Below, piece by piece: positions 26,366 through 37,314 of a stretch of 64,000 nucleotides of DNA. A model generated the notes under the pieces. It made no database searches, was not told the origin of the DNA, and worked only from the letters and a program-made list of their open reading frames with translations. Numbering within the stretch: the stretch's first letter is position 1; every line of letters begins with the position of its first letter. This DNA comes from Vicugna vicugna (taxonomy: Eukaryota): contig MU058824.1 of assembly GCA_013265495.1 (NCBI GenBank), positions 3,189,111 to 3,253,110 on the forward strand. The letters are read 5' to 3'. A program made the translations under genes and the position numbers.

Positions 26366-28810
26366 GTTGGCAATGCGTCTGAAGGTCTGTTACTGTTGGC
26401 TAAAATATCCTGTAAAATATCCTATGTGAATCTAGGTTTTCGGCATATAGACAGGGAATGCTCTCACTAAAGCTTATTACACAGCTTTTGTGAAGAACTA
26501 AGTACTGCAACTACTTAGGAATGAGCTCAGAAAATAGTCAACTGTTCCTGTTCCTCTATACAAAATGATCCCAACCCCCAGGGAGGAAGGAAGAGGAAAA
26601 GCATATGTCTCCATGAGGACGTCAGCCTCTAAGCTGACCAGGAGCCAGCAGCACATGCACCGGTACTGGGGAGCCCTGGACAGCCTGGGCTTGAGCCTGG
26701 CTCCAGAAAGAAACAGAGAACAGAGACTCCAGCTACCAACTGAATTATTTTCATAAGCACCAATAAATGGCACCCTCATCTTTATTATAATAATTGCTTT
26801 TCCTTTTGCATCCTTCTGAATTCTACATGTGGAACAAAGTGAACAACAAAGCAGTAACTCAAAGCTTAACCGTTTGATGCTCACAAGTTAGCCGTGGAGA
26901 GGTATTTTTTTGAGGGGATGGGTGGCAGTTGGTATTATTACCTCTGGTTGTAACAAGCTCTAGCCTACATTCTCGGATACTCGGAGTTCAGGAAGAGCAG
27001 CATTTCACATCTGCCCACACATCTGTCTTCTTTTAAGTCAAGATCTCAGCACTGTTGCATCCGGATGAATTCCTCTGAAGCTCTTTCCGTTCAGGATTTT
27101 GAAAGTTTGCCATGTTACCCTTTCACTGAAATGGCTGAGCTACTCAGATCATTCCTCCAGAGAGGTCAAAAGAACATTCTTTCATACTTTTAGATTTACC
27201 AGTATACCTTTTCTAGCCCGTAATTAGTGGGTTTTTTTTTCTTTTTTCCCCAAAAGAACCAGTGTTAGGCGCGTATCATTTAGCAGCCAGCTTGTCAAAT
27301 GATTGGAAGCCTGAACCATTTCTAATGAGTGGCAAAAAGGTCTCCAAACATCAAGTGGGTCCCTGAAAATACAGTTTCACTCCAGTGAACATAATGGCTA
27401 CTACCCTCATCAATTGGCCAAACACCAAATCAGGCTTCCCGTTGTCCTTCAGGCAGATAGGCAATTAAAAAAAAATCCTCATATTTGCAGAGCTGCATGA
27501 TATAATCTGTAGCTACCAAAACAAATTTAAGACTGCGTTATCCTGCTTCCACGAATGTGTGTTAAGACTGGTGTATATCTTCGACTATAGGAGAAGTACA
27601 GCTACAATAACTGTGCATAAATCAAAATTTTATATACTGACTGGTGTTAAGTACACAGGCATGCTTGGCATTTGAAAGCTTTCCATACCAAATCTTTTGG
27701 TACGGGGCAAAATCCTTCTGTAACATGTAAAATTATTGCCAAGTCTGTCTAGCTTAAAGATTCTAATTTTACATAGCATATTTATTGGAATCAGCCATAC
27801 CGAATAGCTAAATTCAAAATTTAGACACATCTCTAAGGTTACATCAACTCTTCATCAAATGAAGGACCAACATTTCAAGACATCTGAATGCCACAAGTGA
27901 GTTCAGCTGAGGACCACAACCCCTATGCATCAGCACTGTGTTTCTGGCCTGATTCAAACCATTTCAGATCTCAGAAAAATCACCGGCTTCTTTCCATCCA
28001 ATGCAGCAAATGCATATCTCACTAGGGCTGAGCTCTGTGAGAAGGGCTGTGGGGTGGAGGTAAGAGGGATGTTATGCCAGCCCTCCCAGGGACTTCTCAA
28101 GGCTGTGGTCATATACACAAATGGCTGCACACAGAATCCTTCAAGGTTGACAGAATGATTCTCCATGAGAGGTACTGGGTGCAGAGGTGGGAGGTCAGGG
28201 GAAGATGAAGGCCCTGGGACAAGGAGATCTGGAAGACAGCTCCTGGGGCAAAGAGAATTTGAGCTGGGCCTTCAGGCATGGGCAAGATCACAAGGGCTGA
28301 AGCACATGCCAGGCAGAGGGGCCAGATGGAGGAGCAAAGCCCTAGAGACCTGGGGGGTGGGAGGGATTAAGTGTGGAGGACAGGATTGGGGGGAGGGGAG
28401 CTGAGAGATGGTGTGGAGATGGCCCACCATGTCTGCCAGGCTGAGGACCCTGTACTTCATTGTCCATACACGGGGGACCCACTGAAAATCTCTGGGCCAC
28501 ATGTTAGGAAAAAAACAAGAGAATGGAAAGAGGAAGATATGTTTGAGAGAGATTTTGGAAGCAAAAATGACAGGACTTGATGAGTGACTAGATTTCAGGA
28601 AGGAGGGATCAAGGGAGAGGAAAGGTCACAGATAACGATGCTCCCTCGCTGTAGAGTTCCCATCCTGGAGTGGGAGGAGATGCTGGCCATTGGTATCTCA
28701 CAGCAAGGGGGCAAGGCTAGCTTCAGTGGCACCAAGGGCTTGGCCCCACTCAAGCTTCCCCTCTGCACATCAGTGAGCACCTCCAGGGACACTACTCTTC
28801 AGGGCTGCAG

Positions 28811-28932
28811 TGAGAGAGAGAGGATGAGGGAAAGGCGGATGGGGAGGGAGGAAAGGAAGAGAGGAAAGGAGGAGGGGACAGGAAAGGGCGGGAGAGGGAG
28901 AAAGGGATTTTTCTTTCTTTCTTTTTTTTTTT
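28811..28932. repeat. Purine-rich low-complexity tract followed by a T-rich tract
   Basis: ~95 nt of mostly G/A, then ttttttctttctttctttttttttt-type run. Confidence 0.85.
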
Positions 28933-29289
28933 GAGGTGAACTGTTACCAACTTGAATAGACTTGGATTGTGTCTACCAAAGCAGACTCACTTTGGGATGC
29001 CTGAGGGCTCCAACTTCTGTAGTATACCGTGGCCAGCTCTCTTGGACCAATTCTTGCCTTGCGTGCAGAAGTGGCTCTACAGTGAAATGTGCCCAAAGCA
29101 GCAGCAGCAGCTGCGGCAGTAGCTCACGGCACCACTCTGGGCCTGACCTCACAGGTGAGACTGCTGTGGCTGGGGTTCCTCTTTTCAATACTCTGAAAAC
29201 ATAGTTTTATCCAGAAGGGGCAGAGCACCTGCTCCAGAGTCTCTTCAATAACCGTGGGAAGGACATCTGTACAGACAGCCTATCTGGTC

Positions 29290-29930
29290 CTAGAACACAC
29301 CACGCCCTTTCAAGCCTCCAGGCCTTTGCATTTGCTGTTCCCTCTGCCTGGAATACTCCCTTCCCCCAAGCTCATTCCCCTTAATTTAACCTTTATTCAG
29401 TGCTGGCCACTTACCTGCCACTATTCTAAGTACTTCACATACAGCAACTCACTCAATCCTTGCCACAACCAGGTAGGGTTATTATCCCCAGTTTACAAAC
29501 AAAGAAATTGAATCCCAGAAGACTAAATAGCTGACCGTGGAATATATATTTAGTTGTTGGAGGGACCAGGATTTAAATCCAGGCGGTGTGGCCCCAGGAT
29601 ACACAAAGCTACCCAGCCTCTTGCAGAGCGGGGCTGCCCTCCCTCACTCCAGTCCTGACTGGCTCCCTGGCTCAGACAGGCCTTCCCCCCTACCCTCAAG
29701 CGGCACACCCCCCATGACATTCTCTCACATGACCCTGCTTCTTTCCTTCCCAGTCCTTAGCACAACCTGTGATTATCTGATTTATGTATTTACTTGTTTA
29801 TTATGTTTCTCAACTAGAATATACACTCCAGGAAGGCAGGGATCTTGCCTTTCCAGTATATTCCTGGGGCACCTAGAATAAGTTCTCTGGCACAAAGTAG
29901 AAGTTCTCTGAATAACTGTTGAATGAACAA
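29290..29930 (+). mobile_element. L2 3' region with nested antisense MIR (~29390-29610)
   Basis: ggcctttgcatttgctgttccctctgcctggaat; ctccaggaaggcagggatcttgcc; aataactgttgaatgaa; MIR attatccccagtttacaaacaaagaaattga. Confidence 0.8.
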
Positions 29931-30464
29931 AGGGAGGGCAGTACTGTGGATGCCGCATGGCGCTACATGGGAACATAAGGTGTTGCAATGTTGTTCTTTA
30001 CCCTCCTGCTCTGTTCTCCTTCCTTGGCTACTACAAATCCCCCTGCCTGCACTAAGGCAGACGGGAGCCAGCACCCAATTCCCAGTATATATGGACAAGG
30101 CTGATCTATTTTTATCTATGTCTGTCAACTCCAGAGACCAGGGTCCTTAAGCACTAATGATAAGCTTGTGGGAGGCAGGGATTCCATCTTCCAATTAACC
30201 CCTCTGTGGCCTCCCACCGGCTAACAGTATTTACAGGGCACTGGCTGCTGTGGATGACAGTGTCTGATCTGAGCACCTTCCAAATAACAAAAAGCGCCGG
30301 CCCCTTGAATCATGAGGCACCTTGAATACAAATCACACTGTCCCAGGAACTCCATCCTGATGGTCAGGTTCCAAGTCAACACACAGGCTAAAACAAAAAG
30401 TACTGTTTATATATTCCAGTGGTGTCTAGCAACATTTAGGGAGCTTGCCTGCGAGCTCGCTAAT

Positions 30465-30670
30465 AAAAGGAACTAACTTATCAAACACCCATTGTATGTA
30501 AACACTCTGTGAGGCGCTTTTACACATGATCCCATTTAACCCTGCGAGTTTAGAATAATTATTTTTCCCCTTTTACAAATGAGAAAAGTGAGATTTACAG
30601 ATCCAATACCCCCAAACCAGTGTGGGTTCATGTGCAGGATCAGAGCCTCCCAACCCTCTTTCTACTGCCC
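30465..30670 (-). mobile_element. MIR SINE
   Basis: gcgcttttacacatgatcccatttaacc...ccttttacaaatgagaaaagtgag. Confidence 0.65.
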
Positions 30671-32745
30671 TCTCTCTGCTCTGAAGCACTCTGACTTCTC
30701 TTGCACTTCCTCCAGACTCTTCTCTATCTGGGCCCTGTGCTTTCCCACCTCTGTACCTTTGCTTGTTCTACTTCTGTGACCTAAAATGGCTTTTCCACTT
30801 TCCACCACCTGTTGAATCCTCTTCTTCCTACCACTTTTCACGGCACAGACTTCACCATGTCCCCAGTTAGAATTCGTCCTCCTCAGAGTTCCCAGAGGTC
30901 CCAAAGATTAGCCCTCAGAATGCTCAATGGTATAATCCTCTTTCTTCCTCACTAGAATCTGAGCTCCTTGAGGGTAGAGCCTGGCAGTATTTTCCCTATT
31001 TGTTGCCTCCTGAATGAACTGAACTGCTAAAGAATGAAGATGGGAAAGACTGGAGGCATTCGAATGCATCTGGGAGATCAAAGGTTCTGGACAAATTAGC
31101 TTCAACTAGAGACTATTGTTCGGGGAAAGGCAAACTTATGTACCACAATTCTGCTGTTCTCCTGCTCTAGTCACAAAACACACTCTCACTAGTCCTCTGA
31201 TTTCATAAAGCTTGAAACTTAAAACCAGGAAGTCTAGGAAGGAAATAAAATAATAAAATCACTTCCATAAGAACCCTTTCATAGTAATGGATTTCACCCA
31301 CACACGGGGGAGATGCTAATTGCAGCACAAGGGGGATAAGAGATTGGGCAAAAGCACAAAGTTCATCTTCTAGGATATCACAGTTAACTCCCTCCTGCTT
31401 GTTCTGCTGTGGCTGCACCAGAATTCACTTGTTCTGCAAAATATGCACTTGCTGAACGGTTGGCCTCTCTAAGCACAGCTAGGTTGAACACCCACAAAGG
31501 AAGGCCTGACCTGTAAGTGATTTTAAATCGTCTTTATTGCAAAATATCTCAACCTCGTCACTTTAGACTAGAAACAAGTAGATGCTGGCCTCTGAATAGG
31601 ACCCCTAGATCAGTGCATTATTTTTCCCAAACAACTATTTTGAGGTTTTTACGAAAATAACCGACTCACAAACAGAAATGCTTTCTGACCTATACAGCAC
31701 TTTGAAAACAAATCATTATGCCTTTGAATATTTTATGATGGGCCAAAGCATTGAAGGAGGGAAGGCGAGCATTCACCAATCCTTGCCATGTCTATTTTGA
31801 GACTCCTAAAGCAAACTGCAAATGCCTCCTTTATTTTCTAAGCGCCCATTTGCAAGTGCCGGGTGGCTTCTCCGTGAAATATTGCCTCCACCCAAACTGA
31901 CACCAAATGCAGAAACCCAGAAATTCCACTTCTCCAGGTTTACAGCGGAAGAATCTCAATAATTATATTATCTAGTGCACACTCCCTACCTCGGCCCACC
32001 CCCATTTTATAGGCGGTAAAACCAGTGGGGGTACTTGCCCAGGGTCACACAGTCAGTGGATGTCAGAGGAGCCGCTAGGAGCCAGGGCCCCGACTCCCAG
32101 CCCTGGGAGCATCCTTTATTCCCAAAGGCTGACCAAACACCCCTCCTAAAGCTCAGCCAAAGCTGCTGCAGGTAAGCGACGTGACCCGCGAGACTGACTT
32201 CCATAGGTTCTAAGATTCCTGTCACCCCCAAGGAGCTGTGGAACTGAGACACTCAGGGGTGCCCCTCGACTCGCAAAGTGGGAATACAGGCATGGCGCTT
32301 CAGGTAATCGTCTCTGGCGAACCCCTCCCAGTTCAGGAGTGGCCGTAGAGACAGGGCAGGGCGAGCTGGTCGGAGGTCACTTACAAAGTTGACGCCAGTT
32401 GTAACCGCACCTGAACCCAGGTCTCTCACCTCCCAGTTTGCCGCTCTTTGCACCACACCATGCAGACCTCGAAAACTTAAGCAATTCATAGATATTGTGT
32501 GAAGATTTAACTGTTGCAGGCCCTAAGCGAGCCCGCGGACGCGCAGCCCGCCCGGAGAGGGGACAAGAAGACTGGAGGCAGGCGCCGGTCACCAGGAGCC
32601 GGTGGTGCAAACGGGAGCGCACCGCGGAGGGCGGCGCGGAGGAAGCCGCGGGGCAGGCAGTATGCAGCTCCCGGAGGCGCAGGCCCGGGGCGCAGGGACC
32701 GGCAGTCCCCCCCAAAACTTTACGGCGCCGGGTCCTCGCCCTTAC

Positions 32746-33000
32746 CTGCAAGGAGGCGCCGCCCGCGCGGACGCGGACCTGGCAGGCTGACGCTCTCGGC
32801 GAGGGGCGACCCCGCCCGGCGGCGGGCACGGACGCGGCCAGGGTTCGGCCAGCGGCTCGGCTCGGGCTCGGCTCGGGCTCCGCCTCCCGCGCCGCGGCTG
32901 CAGCCGGAGGAGGGGTGCACGGCCGGGCTGCGCCCGCCCGCGCCGTCTGGCCGCGGCAGGTGCTGAGGCTGCAGCTGCGGGGCTGCCAGCTGCCGGCGCC
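32746..33000 (-). other. Probable non-coding first exon of an unidentified minus-strand gene (5' boundary approximate)
   Basis: Consensus donor ctccttgCAG|GTAAGG at 32746/32745 inside the island; no minus-strand ATG between 33155 and the donor; GC boxes lie upstream (rightward). Confidence 0.7.
32854..32880. repeat. Short GGCTC/GAGCC repeat (11-bp unit GGCTCGGCTCG x ~2.5)
   Basis: ggctcggctcgggctcggctcgggctc. Confidence 0.85.
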
Positions 33001-33704
33001 GCGACCCCCGCCCCGGGGGGAGGAGCCCCGCGCGCCGCCTCCGCGGGTCCCGGAGGTCCCGGCCCGCCGCAGTGGGCGGTCCCGCTCCCACCCGGGCCCT
33101 GCCTCCGCCCGCCTTCCCCAGCTCCCGCCTGGGCACGCAGCGTCAGCGGGGTACCCATGGGGAGACTGAGGCCAGGAGAGAAAGGAGCTCCCCAAAGGTC
33201 ACCCGGACCGGCGGCGGTGGCCCCAGAACTGGAATCCAGAAGAGTCCCAAGGAACGACTCCCTTCCACGCCTCCCTTCCCTCGGCTCTCGCTCTTAAAAC
33301 TCCAAGGCCTTTTGAAGAGCTCCAGCACACAGGACTCAGAGGCACACAGAAGATCCCGACTGCCCCACCCACCCACACACACACACTGGCCCTCGGGCTG
33401 AGGAGAGGTGGAAGAGGGGGTTCACGTTTGACACTACGCACCACCTCCCCTGCCTCTGCAAACTCCTTTGGCTCTGGGACTCTGGGACGCTTGGACTCTT
33501 GGCTCTGTCGGCTTTCCTCTGATTTCTCTAACCACTCCATTCTAGTCTCCTTGAGAGCTCCTCAAATCCAAAACCGTAAAATGTTGGGGTGCCGTAAGGA
33601 CTCTACACACAGCCCTCTTTTGACTCCTTGGGCCATCTCACCCACTCCTCTGGCTCCGGTCCTACCACCTCTCTACCCATCATACCCAAGTGCATGCCTC
33701 TGTT

Positions 33705-34145
33705 GGAGAATTCTTTCTTGCCGAAATATCTACTGGACGCCTACTAGATCCCTACACTGTGTTAGACACTGGAGATACAGCCGCGAATAAAACACAGTTC
33801 CTGCTCTCACAGAATGTACTGTCTCCCAGACTGTTAATACAGTGCAGTTCCTGTTAACAGTGTGATCCCAGGGCACCGAGGGCCGCATTTAAGGAGGGAA
33901 GAAGGCCTCCTGGAGATGCCCTCTAAACAGAAACCTAAAAGGCCTATGGGTTGCCAGTGAAAGGGAGGAGTGTGGAGAGAGCCTTCTAGGCAGAGACTGA
34001 AGGAGCAAAGACCCCCAAGGTGAGAGAGCCCAGCGGGGAGGGGCAGGAGAACAGAGCTGAAGCAGCAGAGTCAGCAGGGGCCAGGGAAGGAGTTTTGAGA
34101 AGGGCAGGGGCACCATCAGGTTGGCATGTTAGATCATTTTGGTGA
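33705..34145 (-). mobile_element. L2 3' region
   Basis: aaatatctactggacgcctact...cactgtgttagacactggagatacag...cagttcctgctctcacagaa...gaaggcctcctggaga. Confidence 0.75.
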
Positions 34146-34520
34146 TGGATGAATGGAGCACTAATTTAAGTTTACAAGTGGACCCTTCATCCTTCCCCAC
34201 CAACAAAACAAAGCAAAACAAAACCCAGCAGCATTGCAGCAGTTGGAGCTGGAGCCCACCTGGCCTGGATAAAGAAAGGCCCTCCTGCACCTACATCCTC
34301 TCATCCTTCATTCCCAAATCCAGGCGTCTACCCCAAAACTCTCTCCTGAGAGGCTCTGTCTTTAAAAGTTCTCCTAGATACCTCCACCCAAAGCTCCCTT
34401 TTCTCTCGGTGCCCCAGCCTCTCTGCACACAGATCCATGCACTTCACTCCCTGGGGTCTGCTTCCCTCACCTGTCTCCCTTCTATTCATAGTGTACAGAG
34501 TTCTGCCCCACAATAAGCAC

Positions 34521-34715
34521 CATTAGGGGAAGAGGACAAAAGCAGAAAATTCCAAAGCCATGACGGAAATAAAGTAAGCTTCTAAAAACTTAAATGTTGT
34601 ACCTCTCCATATTATTGCTTATAACTGCGTGCGAATCTACCATTGTCTTTAAAGTTAAATTTTTAAAATTATGTGTTGTGGATAAAGGTTAATAAACAAA
34701 TTACTCTCCCTAATG
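34521..34715. mobile_element. Putative MITE (~195 bp) with terminal inverted repeats, family unassigned
   Basis: cattaggggaagag ... ctctccctaatg inverted ends around an AT-rich interior. Confidence 0.5.
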
Positions 34716-34899
34716 CACATTGAAGATGGAAATGGGCACTTGTCAGAAAGGAAAATAAAAACTCAAGCCTCTTGTCCAGTGAGTACAAATATTGCCCATG
34801 GAATTTTGTCCTGTCCCTCTCAATTTCCTAGCTGTGCAAGCCAGAAGAATCTGCATCATCAGGTGCTTAAATGGATATTTGTGTAAACAGTTTCAGTTT

Positions 34900-36430
34900 T
34901 GGTCCTTGGGTCCCCACTCTGTCCAGGTTCCCATTCTGGTCGCTCTTCCCTCTCAGCCTTCCTTGTCTGCCTGCTGCTTAAATGCCAAGGCTGCTCCTGT
35001 CCCCTCTTGGTCTCTTTACTCCCTTCACCCTCAGTGAGAAATCTGATCACCTGCATAGCTTCAGCCCAGACCTTCTGCTCTAAACCCAGAGACACAACTG
35101 GCTGCTGCATATCTCCTGAATCCCTTCAGGTTCTCCAGTCTCAACAGAGCCAAAACCAAACTCACACCATGCCCCTAAAATACCCCTTCTGCATTGCTTC
35201 CATATCTCAACTGGTAGTGGGACTTAAACCAGAAACCAAAAGAACATTCTAGACTCTTCCTTCTTCCTGCCCCTCATATCCTACTGGTCACTAAATCCAG
35301 TCAACTCTGTCTTAGTAACATCTCTTGTACACATCTCCTCTTCATCCTGCTGCCCTTGCCTTAGTTGGAGCCTCACTATTTCTTGGTGAAGCTGTAGTTC
35401 ACGCCTCCAGTCTTCTCTCTTTACAGTTCATCCGCCACATGCTGCCAGTGACCTTTTTCAATCAGAAATCTGACAAGTCACTCTCCTGCTGAAGATACCT
35501 CTGTTATTCCTTCCTGACCTCACAATGAATCCTAACTCCTTAGCATGACACGAAGCCCTCGCGATCTGACCTGTTACTGCTGCAGTCCCATCTCCACCTC
35601 ACCCCACATCTGCACAACAAATGCCTCATGTTCCTCTGGCACATAGTGTTTACAATACTAAAAATGCTCTAACTTATTAACTTACTGCTATGCGTCAGAC
35701 ACTATGTTAAGTGCTCTGCATACAGTATCTCAGGTAGTAAACGGCATAGAACACAGTGCTAAAACGGTCTCAAGCCGAACTGCCTGGGTTCAGCTCCCAA
35801 TGCAGCCACTTGTTAACTTATGTAATCTTGGGAAAGTTCCATAAGCTCTCGGTTCTGGGTTTCTTCCTCTGGAAAGGGAGCATAATAAGAATACTTGCAA
35901 CCGAGGCATGTTCAAAAAAAAGTTATTAGAGATGAACAGCGTTCATTACCTACTAACCAGCACTGTTAGTCATGCTTATTATCAGTATATGCAGTAATGA
36001 TTACTATGCTCTTTTAACTGGGAAGGAAACTGAGGCTCCAAGAAGTAACCCCCTACTTACTTAGGATTCCACAGCTGCACTGGGATCCATCTGGGACTCT
36101 AAATCCCATACTGCTAAACACTTTGCGTAAGCTACTGCCTCGCTGTGGGAGGTTTGCTCATTTCCCCACCTTTACCACAGCCTGCCAGACACTCTTCTTC
36201 CTCCTTTAAATCCTGGTCAAAAGTATCTTCTCTTCTAGGAGGTCTTCCCAGTTCCTCCTTTGTGCCTGTGCTGTACTTGGTATATTCTTCAGATAAAGTA
36301 CCAAGCACACCTCACTACAATGATTTATTTACCTGTCGTCTTCTTGAGACCTCCTTGTAAAAGACATTATTTATTTTTGTCTTCCAAGAACTCCATAGAT
36401 ATTTGCTGAATGAATGAATAAATCAATGAG
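34900..36430 (+). mobile_element. L2 fragments with nested MIRs (~35660-36130)
   Basis: cagcccagaccttctgctctaaacccagag, gtcactaaatccagtcaactct, ctgacaagtcactctcctgct, terminus atttgctgaatgaatgaat; MIR ctgcctgggttcagctccca and gaaactgaggctc. Confidence 0.75.
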
Positions 36431-37211
36431 TAAACTATACATAAGATTCTCAAAAGAGTTTTACCCTAACAACTGTCATTTCAATATAGATCACTTTTAA
36501 TCTCTGCTTTTGTCACTCTGACTTCATTTTTGGTGAGAGGATAGGCTCAAATGACTCAACATTAATAAAAAGCAAGATACAGCAGGACTGAAATTTCTCA
36601 TATTGCTATTTGGTTGTGCCTTGTCCCTTTCCAATGTCTCTCCTTTTTTTAGTGACACTATGTAATAACCCATAATGAGAAGTTGTGTTGCATCCTAATG
36701 AGACTTCCTGACTAAAACATCTGAGGTTTGAATTTATTTCCCATAAGTAACATTTCAGCTAAAAGTTTGCTTTCTCTATGGCATGAAAGTGCCATTTGTC
36801 ATCTGCTAAGTGCCCATACCTTCCCCTTATCTGTATTAATCTCCTTTGCATTTAAATACTTTGGAGAGGTGACCTAATAGTAAGCTTTTCTATACAATTT
36901 TCTTCTTTGAATGTCTAACTCTTCCTGACTTCATATCTATTGTTCCCCAAATAGAATAGTTTACTGCTTCAAATTTCAGCTTTACTGTCTGCAGTGATTT
37001 AGGACAAGTTTATGCTCTTCCTCACAATGATCAAATTCCATATATTAAAAGAAAAACAAACCTGACCCTGTCACTTTGTATGGAAAGTCTTTTAAAATAT
37101 GCTAGAAACACTTTTTTTGTATACCAGAACACAAGTAAATTGATCATTTTAATGCCTTTGTATCAAATTAATGAAAAGTTGTACAGGTAGAAAAAAAGAA
37201 TACTGGTCTGG

Positions 37212-37314
37212 TGGCAGGGGTGGTGTAGCTCAGTGGTAGAATGCATGCTTAGTCTGCATGAGGTCCTGGGTTCAATCCCCAATACTTTCATTTAAAAAAA
37301 AAAAAAAGAGGAAG
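37212..37314 (+). mobile_element. tRNA-derived SINE (Vic-1-like), short form
   Basis: tagctcagtggtaga A box, gggttcaatccc B box, poly(A); perfect 16-bp TSD aagaatactggtctgg at 37196-37211 and 37315-37330. Confidence 0.95.

Larger units (their letters stand above)
32500..33250. promoter_or_regulatory. CpG island promoter
   Basis: Abrupt very high GC and dense CpG against a CpG-depleted background; GC boxes (ccccgcccc ~33006, gggcgg ~33074, ccgccc ~33105); CRE half-sites (cgtca ~33141, tgacg ~32788). Confidence 0.95.

Noticed and set aside
29098..29118. Polyglutamine or polyleucine coding repeat
   Set aside because: Only 4-5 units and no supported CDS
32500..33250. Assigning a gene symbol to the promoter
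   Set aside because: No coding exon in the window, and I cannot recognise the 5'UTR reliably; any name would be a guess
32377..33540. Long ORFs (up to 272 aa) over the CpG island
   Set aside because: Open in nearly all frames on both strands and Arg/Gly/Ala/Pro-rich, as expected from stop-codon scarcity at high GC
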